From: Lama glama
Lineage: Eukaryota
Direction of reading: 5' to 3'
NCBI GenBank assembly: GCA_028534125.1
Contig: CM052817.1
Location: 67,148,001-67,212,000, forward strand
Length of the DNA: 64,000 bases
Part shown: piece after piece, positions 13,896 to 26,482 of the stretch
Layout of the letters: the number at the start of each line of letters is the position of its first letter
Position numbering within the stretch: the first letter of the stretch is position 1
Translations under genes and position numbers: made by a program
Notes under the pieces: model-generated
What the model saw: the letters and a program-made list of their open reading frames with translations, nothing else
Told to the model about the DNA's origin: nothing
The model's database searches: none

Positions 13896-13930
<35 letters not shown>
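13879..13930. repeat. (TC)n(CA)n microsatellite
   Basis: Directly visible. Confidence 0.95.
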
Positions 13931-14499
13931 CCCACTACCATCATGATACTAGCAACTCTTTACTATCTCTGCATTTATTTCTAGGAATGGAAACATATGA
14001 TTACATGTCAAAATACATCCAATTTAAGGGTGAGAATGGAAAAGGGAGAGAATTATCACTATGAGTTCCTTACAGTGAATATCTCAGCCCTCAAGCAGAA
14101 AAGGACCAATGGCCAGAAGTTTTGCTGGTTATAATTCTGCCTGAATTAATAGCATATAGTGAGGAACTAAGGGTTTTTATAATTACTTTAATACCAAAAA
14201 TTTAGGTAATGGAGATTTCACCTTGAATCATAGATTGATACTATGATACCCACCAACTGATTTTAACCTTGGCTGTGTATGCTTAGCAGCAAACTGATGG
14301 TAAAAGTCTTCCCAAAGCATACTTGTCCCCTTTCTTCAGCCTTTTCTTCTTCTCTTCTCCCATTGCCTTCACTCTCTAAACAATTTAATCTTCAAGTCAT
14401 ACAGTGGGGCAGAGCAAGTTGGAGTGGCAGGGAGGAGGGAGAAGGCGCAGCAATCAGAAGAAGAGAATCAGATCCCAAGCCATGTGCGGAAGGCGTCCA

Positions 14500-15150
14500 C
14501 ATGGGGAAGGAGACAGAGGCCAACGTGGGAAATAGGTTACAGACAGGAAAATTGACCAAATAAATAAATATAAATGGGAATGAGCTATTTTTCACTATCA
14601 GTGAAAGGTGAACAAACATCTAACAGTGGGAAAACAAAAACGAGCCCCATGGTATTAGATTGAAAATGAAAGTATTGGAATTTCCATGGTTTCAATGGAT
14701 GGATGCATGGGTAGATGGATACATGGATAGAAAGAATAGAGGTGGTTGTGTGTGCATTCATGTGTATGTGCATGTGTGTGTTTATTCTCATTCATATTTA
14801 TTTTTCCACTTCTGTCTGCTCAGAGGGCTTAGGAGCACACATATTGCCCACATATTGGCTTCAAAATATTCTTCTTTAAAAGTATTCAAAGATACTTGGA
14901 GACAGCTTATTTCAGATCTCGGGCAGAGAAGTGAAGATAAGTCTAGAGCATTTTATTGTGCTAAAAATTTAAGAAAATATTCTTATTTTAATGAACTTAT
15001 TTCAGTTATGTAAGAGAAATGATTATGAGAATAAACCCATAAGAAATTGTGAGTGATGAGGCATCAGATCAGAAACTTACTCTCAAATAGTTTGGGAGAA
15101 AAAAGCCTTTTGTACTGTACTTTCAAGTTTTTTGGTAAATCTATGTTTTA
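14500..15150 (+). mobile_element. Old L1 (L1MC/MD-like) 3' UTR fragments
   Basis: gggaaaacaaaaacgagccccatggtattagattg; ttactctcaaatagtttggg...ttgtactgtactttcaag. Confidence 0.55.
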
Positions 15151-15677
15151 AAAATATCCAAGCCAAAGAAAGCTAAAAATAGATATTGGAAATAATCCAG
15201 GCTCTTTCCACTCCTAGGAATAACTGAGGCACTGGTGGTACAACAAAGAGAGCTCCCCTGGCAGATACTATCACAAAATTTCCATGAAAAAACGGTTGTT
15301 AACTGAAAAAGGAAAAGGAGGAAGTATTTCAAGTGTAGCGTGTTACTTGAATCAATTCCCCTAGCCTCTTGGATCAACTGACTTTATACTATAAGAAAGT
15401 AAAGACTGCAAGTAAAAATTGAAAGAATAATTTTTTTGGAATTCTGAGAAATCTGCTGATGCCATTGGCTCTGTTTTTGGATCCCTCTACCTGATCTAAG
15501 CCAACATGTGGGTGTTACCCTTGATTCTGCTCTCTCCTCCATATATTCAGCAACCATATCCTGTCGTGTCTTTCTCCTAATTTTTCTTCTGAATCCTTCT
15601 ATGTTTTCTATCCCTACTTTCCTCTCCTAGTGAAAGCTATTATCATACTTCTTTTGGGTTCCTGGATGCAATTCTGA

Positions 15678-16050
15678 AGTGTAGGGGGAGGGGTGGATGG
15701 CGCTGCCCACAAAACACCCAGCAGTTCTCGGATATCAGCTGGGTATCTTACAGTTCAACTCAATTCTGACGCTATCTACACAGAGACAGCATCAGATTCC
15801 ACTGGTTAAGGGTTCATCCCTACAAGACTGTCCTCCCCTTCACTTCAAATGCCTGTTACAATCCCAGATTATCACCTGTGCCTCTGACCAACTGGCTATA
15901 CATTGGCAGTTCCAACAATGCCCCTCCCCCCAAACTTGGACTTCAGATGCCAATCACAGGTCAAGGTGCTTGTGACTGACTAGCTACAGATCAGAGGTTC
16001 CCACAACCTCCTCTTTGGGTTTGATTAATTTGCTAGAGAGGCTCACACAA
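15678..16050. mobile_element. MER21/MER77-like ERVL LTR fragment
   Basis: cagctgggtatcttacagttcaactcaattctgac...gcatcagattccactggttaagggttca...caagactg. Confidence 0.75.
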
Positions 16051-16949
16051 AAGTCTTCTCCAGTCCCACAGTTTATTTACTGTTATAAGCTGCCTTAGTC
16101 TCATTACCTCTCTCTTAAAACATGTAAATCCGTCAGAAGCATAAATTAAGACTAAGATGTTTACTTCAATATTGCCTGAATTGTTCATCTCAGGGGCTTA
16201 ATCAAAACTAATTGAATAAATATTAAAAGTTAATAAATTCAAGAAACAAACATGACAATTACTTTTCTCTACCATAGACTACCACACAGCTTCAATGCCA
16301 CAAGGGTCATTTTTGCTGGATCAGTGGTGTTGAGCAACATTCCAAAGTGCTGTGGCAGCTGGATGGCAAAGTATGGGATACAGTTAGTCTCTGGTGGGAC
16401 ACAAACTCATGGCAGACCAGTGACCTCAACTGCAATCCCAGGCAATGGGGAGATGAGTTGACCATGGAGCCACAGATAGTAGGGGCATATCCGGCACATG
16501 CCATCCCAGACGGCATGGGCAGTAGACCTGCCAGGGTGTGTGGACTTAATCCTGAGGAGATGTGCTCTGAATACACAGTTCATCATTTGGAAGCACTTTG
16601 GAAAGAACTGGAGTAGCTCTGAGTACATCGAGGCAGAAAAAAACTCTGCCTGAGTTATTACTTACAGTATGACTTCACATGAGGGCAGGACAAAATTGAG
16701 TTACATTTTAACTGATTTTGGCGTTATAACCTGGGGGAGCCAATATGAATTCTAATCCCATTTGCCTTGCACTTAATGAAAAGGAAATCTCTCCCAGGTT
16801 CTGATAATAGGTTGGCTGTTATTTCTAGTTCCTGGTTTTCAGGGTGATGTGTTCTTTAAACTTTTTTTTTTCTATCATTGCCATTTTAGGTGAAAGCTAG
16901 GTGAAACTGCATTTGGCAGATTTAATGGTTATTGTTATTAATGGCTATT

Positions 16950-18070
16950 TTACTCACAACACACCAAATGTGTGTGGGGTTTTTCACAGCACTTCTCCAG
17001 CTCTCTGACACCAACTGGGTGTTCAAGGATTCAATTCAATTCTGACACCAACTACCTGGAATTAGCATCAGATCCCACAGGTTAAGGACTGGTCCCACAA
17101 GACTACCCCCACTTTGGACTTCAATCAAAAGTCCCAGGCCTCCTGTACTTTTGACCTAATGGCTATAAGTCCTATAAGTCAAGGATTCTGACAATTATTG
17201 ATTCCTCCTCAGGTTCAGTAATTTGCTAGAATGGCTCACAGAACTCACTTACTGTTATCAGTTTATTTTAAAGGACACAACTCAGGAACAGCCCAATGGG
17301 AGGGATGCGAAGTATAAGGTATGCCAGGGTTGGGGATTGAGGATGGAGTGGGTGAGAAGTGTCCATGTCCTTGATGGCACCATCCTCCCAGCACCTCAGT
17401 GTGCCCACTAACGCAGAAGCTCTCTGAACCAGTCGTTTAGGAGTTTTTATAGATTTCTTTATGATCTTATGATTTATGATTTTTTTATATGATTACTTAG
17501 GCATGACTGATCGAATCACTGGCCATCGATGATTGACTCAATATCCAGGGATGTGGAGAGAAGGGAGTGCTCTTTGGGTTACAGCCTCAGCTAAGTGTGA
17601 CCCCAAAAACCAATGCGAGCTCTGTCTCCAGCAGAATACATTTGGCAGATGGAGGAAACATCTGAGAAAAAGAGCATGGCTGTTACAGGGATTGTGTAAA
17701 CCTACTGCTTTATTTTTTCCTGCCAGGTGTTATATATATATGGTGATTTATGTTTTAATGTATTGGAAACTTTCCATTTTATTTAAGAAATCTGTTCCAT
17801 GTTAAAAACCTTGATTAAAGAGGAGGTTTTCATAATCTAAAAAAATATTGAGGATATTGTGGATAGCTGAAAATTCAACCTTCCAATCATATCTTGGTCT
17901 TTCCGGTGACCAGCCCCTACCCTGAAGCTCTCTAGGGGTCCTTAGTCCCCGTTAACCCATTAGCATACAAAAGACTCTCTTATCACTCCAAAGATTCCGA
18001 GGGTTTTAGGATCTGCATGCCAAGGAACTAGGAACAAAGATAAAATACATATTTCCTATTATGTTACAAC
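16950..18070. mobile_element. MER21-like ERVL LTR, interrupted by a retrocopy
   Basis: caactgggtgttcaaggattcaattcaattctgacac...tttgctagaatggctcacagaactca; resumes after 17850 with gctgaaaattcaaccttccaatc...cattagcatacaaaagac. Confidence 0.8.
17565..17845 (+). pseudogene. CKS1B: 5'-truncated processed pseudogene: CKS1B 3' UTR with ATTAAA and A-tail
   Basis: cagcctcagctaagtgtgacccca...ttggcagatggaggaaacatctgag...catggctgttacaggga...ggaaactttccattttatttaagaaatctgttccatgttaaaaaccttgattaaagaggaggttttcataatct + A7 matches my recollection of the distal human CKS1B 3' UTR; ATTAAA at 17814-17819. Confidence 0.8.
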
Positions 18071-18159
18071 ACACATATTAAAAAAGGTCTCAAACCAATA
18101 TCCTAACTTGATACTTCAAGGAACAAGGGAAAGAAAAGGAATCCCCTCTCAAAATAACA

Positions 18160-18635
18160 ATAATAGTGGGAGAGGCTGTGCGTGTGAGGAGGCAGCGGGT
18201 ATATGGGAAATCTCTGTACCTTCCACTCAATTTTGCTGTGACACTAAAACTACTCTAAAAAATTAGGTTTATTAAAAAAAGAAGAAATAAATGTCTGCTA
18301 TTTGCCGCAAAATGAACCTTAAAGGAATAAAAACAGACACAAAAAGACAAATATTATATGATTCTACTTCCATGAAATATATAGAATAAACAAATTCATA
18401 GTGACAGAAAGTAGATTAGAGTTTACCAGGGACCGAGGAGAGGAAGGAATAGGAAGTTATTGTTAATGTACTTTTGACGATCTGGAGAAGTTTTGAAACT
18501 AAACAGTGATAATGGTAGTATAACATTGCACATGTAATTAATGCCATTATATTGCACACTTAAAAAAAGGTTAAAATAGCAAATTTTGTTTCATACATAT
18601 TTTACCACACAATTTTTTTTTTAAGTTTTTAAAAA
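18160..18635 (+). mobile_element. Two adjacent old L1 3' ends (L1MC/MD-like, then L1MB-like)
   Basis: ggtatatgggaaatctctgtaccttccactcaattttgctgtgac...; gacaaatattatatgattctactt...gacagaaagtagattagagtttaccaggg. Confidence 0.8.
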
Positions 18636-19347
18636 GACCATGAAAGTATAGTTTAGCCTCTGTCATGCAGTCTAGAATCATCTGGCAAGATAATACCATA
18701 AGGAAAGATAATGTTTTCCTCAGGATTTTTAATTATTTTCCTTATACATACGTTTTTATTGTGGTATAACATTTATGTGTACAGTTTGCTCATTTTTGAC
18801 AAATATATGGACTCTGAAACCATCACCTAATCAAACTATGTAATAGTCATATTAAAAATTTCCATTAAAAATTCCTTCCTGAAATTTTCCTATCAAACAC
18901 TGCCACCACCACCACCACCAGAAGCAACTGCTTTTCTGATTTGTGTCACAATTGCTTTAAATATCCTTTTAGCATCCTCATTAGCATATCAGCTATAAAC
19001 TGGATTTGAAGGCCATTAAGGCAAGATTGGGTCAGGAATAAAAAAGATAAACTGCAGAGAAGTAAAAGGAAAGCCCATCTACCTCTTGATGGTCCAGGGG
19101 AAATATCGACCTGCGATGCAGCATATTAAAATGAATTCGGCGCGTGAGTGAGGCCGGGAAGAGGAAAGCACTGAAGTTAGCTCTCCTAATCAACTGTAAT
19201 AGATGACTACCGTCACACACAGGACCCAGAAATAGCTCAGAGTCTGGCCGGCTTGTCAAATGTAAGATAATGGAGTAAAGTGTATCTGCATAAAAGGCTA
19301 CTGAAAGGATTGCCAAAGCCAAGGCAAAAAGGCGACTGATGCCTTAC

Positions 19348-19516
19348 CTGAAGACATCTACAGTGCTCCCCAGAGCCAATGTGAAGCCCAAAGAGCTAAG
19401 GAGGATGAGAGAAAACACCATTCCAGCCAAGAGAAACAAAAACCCGGGTTGTAGAGCCAGAGTTCAACCACAAATGGAGCAGAGCAGACCGACCCCGGTG
19501 AGCAGGTGCCATTGTC
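19348..19516 (-). ncRNA. Candidate internal non-coding exon (169 nt)
   Basis: Minus-strand acceptor cacctgctcttctcag|G and consensus donor CAG|GTAAGG; all three frames contain stops; non-repetitive, CpG-retaining context. Confidence 0.35.
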
Positions 19517-20999
19517 CTGAGAAGAGCAGGTGCCGGCCAGTCTACACCAAAGAAGGGCACAAGGACTTGGAAAGGGGATGCTTCTGCTTTGTGCCACAGA
19601 CCCACCTCAGTATTCTCTCCTTCTGATCACCTAAATATCCTTTAGCATAAGAAGTGGCCAAAAGGCATCCATCTGAGATATTGTCTAAAGGCTTGTTTAA
19701 ATCATTGGCTATAGATTAGACATTTAGTTTAATTATCTGCCCTGCTGACCAGTGATATGGGGCTTAGAAGGAAAGCCAGATTAGTTATTGACAAAAAATA
19801 AAATAGTTACACATTCTGTGAACATTTGAGTAGCTATGTGAGTTATATTTGTAGCTTGCTGCCATTGCACTCAAGGGCCAGGTTGAATAAAAATTATGAA
19901 CTATATCTTTAAAAATTGGAGTCATAGCTGGCAAAGATGACATAACCAAACTACTTAAATTGTCCTTACACTCTTTTCTGAACTGGTGTTTGTAGTAAAA
20001 ATTTTGAGCATTCATACCATTCTTAGGCTTGAACCCTGGTGATTTTCACTTGACAGTATGCAATGAAAATTCTACATGTTTAAATATTCTCTAAAAATAT
20101 ATTTTTTAATATCTGTACAGTATTCAAAAGAATTTACTGGAATGTGTTTACATATTCTCCTATATTTGAATATGAAATCAGATTTTGCAATGATAGGAAT
20201 AATATAAATGTATAGCCAATTTATACTGTATCTCTAAATACTAATTTAGTGTGTTTTTCCTAAAATTGGAATTTGTGAGTCAAAATACAGGAAGATTTTA
20301 AAAGTTAGCTTATACTGCCAAATTGCTTTCCAAAACTCTGTGAAAATTTATCCAGCTACCAGTAGGAAAGAAAATGCCAATCATAAAGAGTACCCTTGCC
20401 AGGATGATATAATATCATTGTGAATCTTTTCTAATTGGACAGGTCAAACATGGTATCACTTTTAATCAGAACATTTTATAACCACTGAGCAGTAAGATGA
20501 TGGATGCTTACTGGAAGACACCAGTGAAGACCTGCTTTCTGGACCTGGAAATCCTAAGGATGCCATTTAAAACTGGGCTACAGAGCCTGTGTTTTTAATC
20601 TAGTATTGTTCTAGGGCTCAACTTACTTAGAAGAATATGCCATGGTCAAATCGTATAAAATAGACTATTTTTCCTTTTCAAAGGCTAGCATTCATTGTCC
20701 CAGATTCCAGGTCATTAATGATAACATTTTTAATGGGGCTTGATTTATTTGAATTATATATCTTTTGAAATAGTTTGAATATTACTGTTCTTTTATTAGG
20801 GAACTTTTTTAGGTCACCCATGGTCAGGCACTATGTTAGGTGCTGCTATATCAAAGATAGCCTTTGTTTTCAAGATATTCATAATCTTAGGGGGTAGGAG
20901 AAAGCAGGAGGCGTGTGAATATACAGTCAACTACAGCATAGTTCTCTTAATATTCATTAGAGGTAAAGAGAATTATGTATAAGGACTTATAATAAAACG

Positions 21000-21300
21000 A
21001 TGAACTTGGAATCTCAAGAGAGCAGTTTACCTCTACGTCCTCCGTAAATTTCCTGGTACGTAGATGACATCAAACATTGTCCATAGTTCCTTGTTCAGAT
21101 AAAATTTGTTGACAATAGGGACAAATATCAAGCATTTGTTAGCATGTTCACAAATGATAATATTTGTATATTGTCAACACATGCACAAATAATAATAATT
21201 ATTATAAGTAGATATAAATATCAGTCCACTATTAACATGTATATAAATAATAGTGTTTGCCATCCCTTAGACATGCTTATCAGGGGACCTCGCTCACTCC
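21000..21300 (+). mobile_element. Possible ancient Penelope-like RT remnant
   Basis: One frame reads MNLESQESSLPLRPP*ISWYVDDI (YVDD at 21057-21068) and later YQST...NNSVCHPLDMLIRG, resembling Penelope RT motifs P..W.RYVDD, IQFT and NN.LPFLD. Confidence 0.4.
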
Positions 21301-23559
21301 ACAATCGACCACTGACAAAATCCAAACACAATTTTTTGAGGGACAACTTCAGTTTATCAGCTTTTTAGGACTATTTACTTGGACAGAGATTGTTAAGGTT
21401 CACAAATTACAAACATTTTGCCTTTATTGACAAATATCGCTCTTTTCTTCTTTTACATTTTACAAAACAAACTTACTCACCCCTTCACAAATTATCTTTG
21501 ATTGTATGACTTTTATTTTTAATCACCAAAGCCATGTTTGGTGATAGAGTATCCTGAGTACTTTGCCTTGCTTCTGTTTCACTTGAATACTCTTTGATTG
21601 CTGGAAACTTAACCCCAGGCCTTAGGTATCCGTTCTCATAGTTTTAAGGGGTGGCTATGCATTTGTCCTCTAGGTGTGTATTTGTATTTCCTGCAGCTTG
21701 ACCACTCATTGTATCAATATATCATCTTTAAAGAAAAGATATCAAATTCTTATGATTTCAGGTCATATTTCAAGAATAAAACTCACATTATTCACATTAA
21801 ATTTCTTTTCTCCCTTGTCCCCTCTGTCTCTCTCTGTCTTCAAAATTCCATCACAGAGATTCTATAAGCATCCAACATTGTTATTAACTGAACAATTTTC
21901 AAGCTACGTTGTCTTCAATAAATAAGACTTTATTTTCAAAATAAAGTAAAAATGAGAATACCCTATAATAGTAGAGGCTTCATAATGATTTTAGTCAGAA
22001 GATTCCCTCTTTCCAATAAAGTAATTTGGGGGAAATTTTGCCTTACATTAAGATTTAAAATATCATTCTGCTTGGAGAAGATAAAATTGAAATCGGCCTT
22101 AAAGTATAGTTTCAGCAGGATTTTTTTTCTATTCTACATAGGTAATAGGCAGTTCAGGAACAGAGGTTTGTAAATTCTTGTTCTGTTAAGGCACTGGAAC
22201 TAGTCAAATAGGGAAAAGGCATGGAGCATTCATTATATCCAACTTAAAGTTCTATTAGGGACAATGTGAAGGGTTTTGAAGTTTATGATTGTTGACTTGC
22301 TTTTCTCAAAATTTTTGAAGTATGAGCAAAGGAAATTAGTACAATATTTCTTGCTACAAATTCTAGACTGTAAAGTCCTTAAAAGAAGAAACTTCTATGT
22401 ATCTCTGTTGAACGGATGAATTAACTAGCTATTTTTATTTCCTCAGTTTTTGTGTTGCTTAGTTTATCTGAATATTACCAACACATACTTCCCCCATACT
22501 TTAAACCTCCTACACTCGCATCGGTGGAAAGTGAGAATGCATGCCCAGTATCTTCTATCTACTTTAAAGCCTTTAAGCCCATAACCTGTGTGCTCAGTCA
22601 AGGATGTTAATTGCATGAGAATAAGAAAATGGCAATTTCCAGAGCTGATATTCCATTAGCTCTTCATGAGGGTGAATGAAAAGGGTGGAGAATGACCTAA
22701 AAATGTAGATTAGCTTGGTCTGGAAACGTAATGAACTTCTAAATGAACATAAGCTAAATTCAGATTCCTAATAAAAATGGAAACGAGCCAGTTTTTAGCT
22801 CTCATTACCAAAATTTTGTATGGCTCCAGTCTTTACTCATTTCATGCTGTAAGATGTCTGTTCTGGCATACCTTGGTGTCTTCTGACTTAAAAAAATAAT
22901 TAAGTCCTCTAAACTTTATATACCTTGTCATAGGAAATTTAGAAAAGAGCATCTCATCACATCTTAATTACATTTAATTTATGTGTATACTACCAGCACC
23001 TAATTTTATAACTGATACAGTGTGTGATGAGCATACGTATTTTAGAAAAAATGAATGAATAACCATATTTATGATTTTGACATGTATACTATTATTGTAA
23101 TCAATGCAAAAATGGGCTAATTTTTATTTTTTTAAATATTTAAGGGCACTAATAAGAATAAAATTTAATTAGAAATTTAGATTAATGGTGTTAAGAAATA
23201 AAATTACCCTTCCAAATGGATATTAATAGAACTTTCTGTATTAATATCTTTGAAAAACATATGAAAGAATATTGTAATATATACTAATAAAACATTGCAA
23301 TAGAGCTACAGTTAACAGCTTTTATTATTCGGGCAATGCTTAACACAGGATGCAATAAAATACTAGTGCAACCATATAATTTGGACAATCTTAGAGAGCT
23401 TATAGAGTTCATGAGAATTAAAATTGTTTTGCACAAAGGACTTAGAGGTTAAGATCAAGACATATTTTATAATTGATTTAGTAATTAGGATGATTTCCCC
23501 TCAAGGCTCTGCTGGTTTCTGAAGGGAAATGGGGTATTAACATAGACTAGGTTAGAGGG

Positions 23560-24090
23560 GCCAGAGCATGTGTACTGTTGTCCATTCCAATGAATGTGAC
23601 CTGTTTCTTACTCTGTTTTTGGAGGGTATAGAAAGGACGCATTCACCAAAGCAATGATCATAGGAGTCAAAATGGTGTCCCACTGAGCATAAGACTCCAC
23701 GTATTGCCTGGTCACTATGGACTCCTCAGCAAAAGTGATTGGTCCTCACTGCGGTGTGAAGCTAGGGTTGCTGCCAGAGAAGAATGATGAAGAGGAGTGT
23801 GTCTGGGGCTGTTTGTCTGGGGCTGTGTGTCTCACAGGAGACTCTCTTTATCCTTCTGTGCTTAGTGGTTAACACAGGAGGGCCAGTTAGAGCAAGTGTG
23901 GTCTGATAAGTCCAAAGCGACCAAAAGCTCAGACCTTCACCGATGAAATCAGCTCACCACACCATGAAAGCAACCTAGACCAGTCAAAGAGCCGGCTGAG
24001 TGTTTGGGAAATCTGATCTCATAGTGGAGGGAGGGAGTGATAAATATCAATTATCGCCTCAGGACCAGTTGCCGTAATAGAGACTGTAAC
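23560..24090 (+). mobile_element. ERVL/MaLR internal fragment (3' end of pol/dUTPase region)
   Basis: Ends atagtggagggagggagtgataaatatcaattatcgcctcaggaccagttgccgtaatagagactgtaa = IVEGGSDKYQLSPQDQL, like the ERVL C-terminus VVEEGSYKYQLRPRDQLQKRGL. Confidence 0.7.
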
Positions 24091-24749
24091 TTATCTAGAG
24101 TCCTTCCTGTCAGAAGCCTTTTCCTTTTTTCCCTCAGTAATCTCAACTAGCCACCACCTTGAAGTGTCAGTAACAAAATGATTTTTCTGTGCAGCATGCC
24201 TAGATCTGAGCAGTAAAGGAGTTGCCAAACAAATGCACGTTCTTATTTTAGAAAGAAGAAAATGCCTTTCCTTACAAAGGCACATTTGAGCAGAAAAGGC
24301 ATGATTATTATTGACTGTCTATCTTTATCTGAATATGTAAGGCTTTTTTTCTACTAGATCTAAGTATGCCTTATGGTTGTCACTTAATTTTGGTGTTTCG
24401 CTTCTTTTTTTGTTGTTTTTAGCATACTCCAGAAAACTTACGGTTATTCACCAAGGCATATAGGAAATCAACTTATTTCAAACAACACTGTAAGTAATAG
24501 ATTCTCCAAGTCCTGAATCTAATTCCTAGAATTGTTGCAATCTCTCCATATCCTCTTGGTTCTCTTGATGTATCCCAAATTTGTGCTAACTGTTCAGGGA
24601 GGCTGGCTGTCTCCGAGTTTGTATTCATTTAGACAAGGAGCAGAAACCATCTTCTCACCCACAGACCCACAGTCTTTGGGTTTTTCATGTCTACCCTTTT
24701 AACTCTTTATTCTTTAGTTTTTTGAATTCATATAATTTGAATAAGTGAA

Positions 24750-25030
24750 TATTGACACTTCCATCCTTACAACCTTCCAACAGCTTTATATTATTTTCAA
24801 AATAAAATCCACAAATCCCCAACTCTGGTGCAGGAGGTTGTAAATGATCTAATACCTGCTTATTTTTCCAAAATCTTTCTCTCTCTCTCTCACTCACACT
24901 CTCTCTCACACACACACACAGTCTCTCTCTCTCTCTTTCTCTCTCTCTTTTTCTTCTATTCAGCCACACTGGCTTTTTTTTTTTTTTAAATTTCAAACAC
25001 CAAACTTGTTCCAAACTGAAAGCCTCCATG
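24750..25030 (+). mobile_element. L2 fragment with internal (TC)n/(CA)n microsatellite
   Basis: aaaataaaatccacaaatccc...cagccacactggc...caaacaccaaac. Confidence 0.6.
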
Positions 25031-25409
25031 TATAGGTGTGATACTAGGTTAGATATGTATAGGTATGTATAAGTGTGTTCTATTACCTGTGAATTTTATT
25101 TCATAACGGAATTTTTACAAAACGCTGGTTACAAAGAGGAGGGCTGAGTCTAACAGTATGAGAACCACTGAGAAGAGGAAGAGCTTTCTTGATAGTGATT
25201 TGGCTTTCCAAAATGGTGAATAACTGTTAGTGATATGCCTCAAAAAAAAAAAAACCCTGCAATTTTCCTTAATTTATAAGGTTGTGTCATTCCTGTAAAA
25301 ATTTCATAAATGTTAAATCCATGCCAAAGGTACTTTGAGTTTATTTGTAAAACATCTTTAAACTCTTGGCTCAGATTTACTTCTTGTCTCAGATCATTAT
25401 GAGCAGGTA

Positions 25410-25610
25410 CTTGATTTATAGGTATGTCCTGCGGGGCACTTACAGGACATAAGGAATGCAGCACAGTTCTTCATTGTGCAGGCTGCCCGCACAGGGCAGA
25501 AGGACCACAAGGCCAGGCCTCCGTCTACTCTGTGCCAACACCACGGCGCTCCAATAATGGTGACAAACAAAACACTCCTAGGAGGCAGATCCCTTTTGAG
25601 AATTACTAGA
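25410..25610. mobile_element. MER20-like hAT-Charlie fragment
   Basis: cagttcttcattgtgcaggctgcccg...ggtgacaaacaaaac...ttgagaattact. Confidence 0.5.
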
Positions 25611-26482
25611 TGGCTCGTTTCCTTTCTTTATTCTGGTCTCTGTTCAGATTTACATCTCAGAAATGTGGCCACATAAATAAACTAAGCTATGGACTATAAA
25701 AAATACCCCTCTCTTTCTAAAAATAGCAACATAAATATAGTATAGATCTGATAGAGAACTAATGGTCAGTCCAACTGCAAGTAAGGGAAGTGGTGAAGGA
25801 AGACGACTAAAGGTTGCTGGTGTGATGGAGGCAGGTTCCAGGAGGAACAGTGTTGTCACAACTGAGGCCCCAGAACCACTTGTGAGATCGGGGCCACTTG
25901 GAACTTGAATGAGGTTGCTCAGGGATATAACTAGCCTTCATAACTGCATCGGCTTCCGAGAAAAGGAAGCAGCAGCAGCACTGTGGCTACGAGCCCCGAT
26001 TCCGGAATCAGATACGCTGAAGCACAAATCTCCTTAGCAAGAGCCTTTAGTTGGAGAAACTCTGAGCTGAAGAAAACAATTCAGCATGGATTACAAAATA
26101 AAATCCTATAATCAAATCTTCTTAAACTATGTAGAGGACAATTTGGGTGGAAATAAGTAATTCGAATATTGGTCAAAAGCAAGAATGTTGCCATTTGATG
26201 GCCCCAGGATTCTTCTGTTGGATTTCTAGAATATAAATCAGTGAACTCATTTCAATTACACAGGCATGTATTGGACTTGTGATGTACTACACCTTGTCTG
26301 AACTACACTCCCCAGAATTCCCTTTTCAGGCTAGGGTGAGCTGCAAATGTCTCAGGTTAGCATGGGCTACAAAGAAGCGGTTGCCGTTTTAAAGCAGCAT
26401 ATATACATCCTCCCAAATTATTCAATCTAAAATAAATTTGGGTGCTGCTGTGATTTTGTAGATATTCCAGTAATGCAAGTTC

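Noticed and set aside
19290..19460. Lys/Ala-rich IAKAKAKRR stretch suggesting a ribosomal-protein retrocopy
   Set aside because: No extended similarity to RPL29 or others that I can recognise; no poly-A tail or TSD
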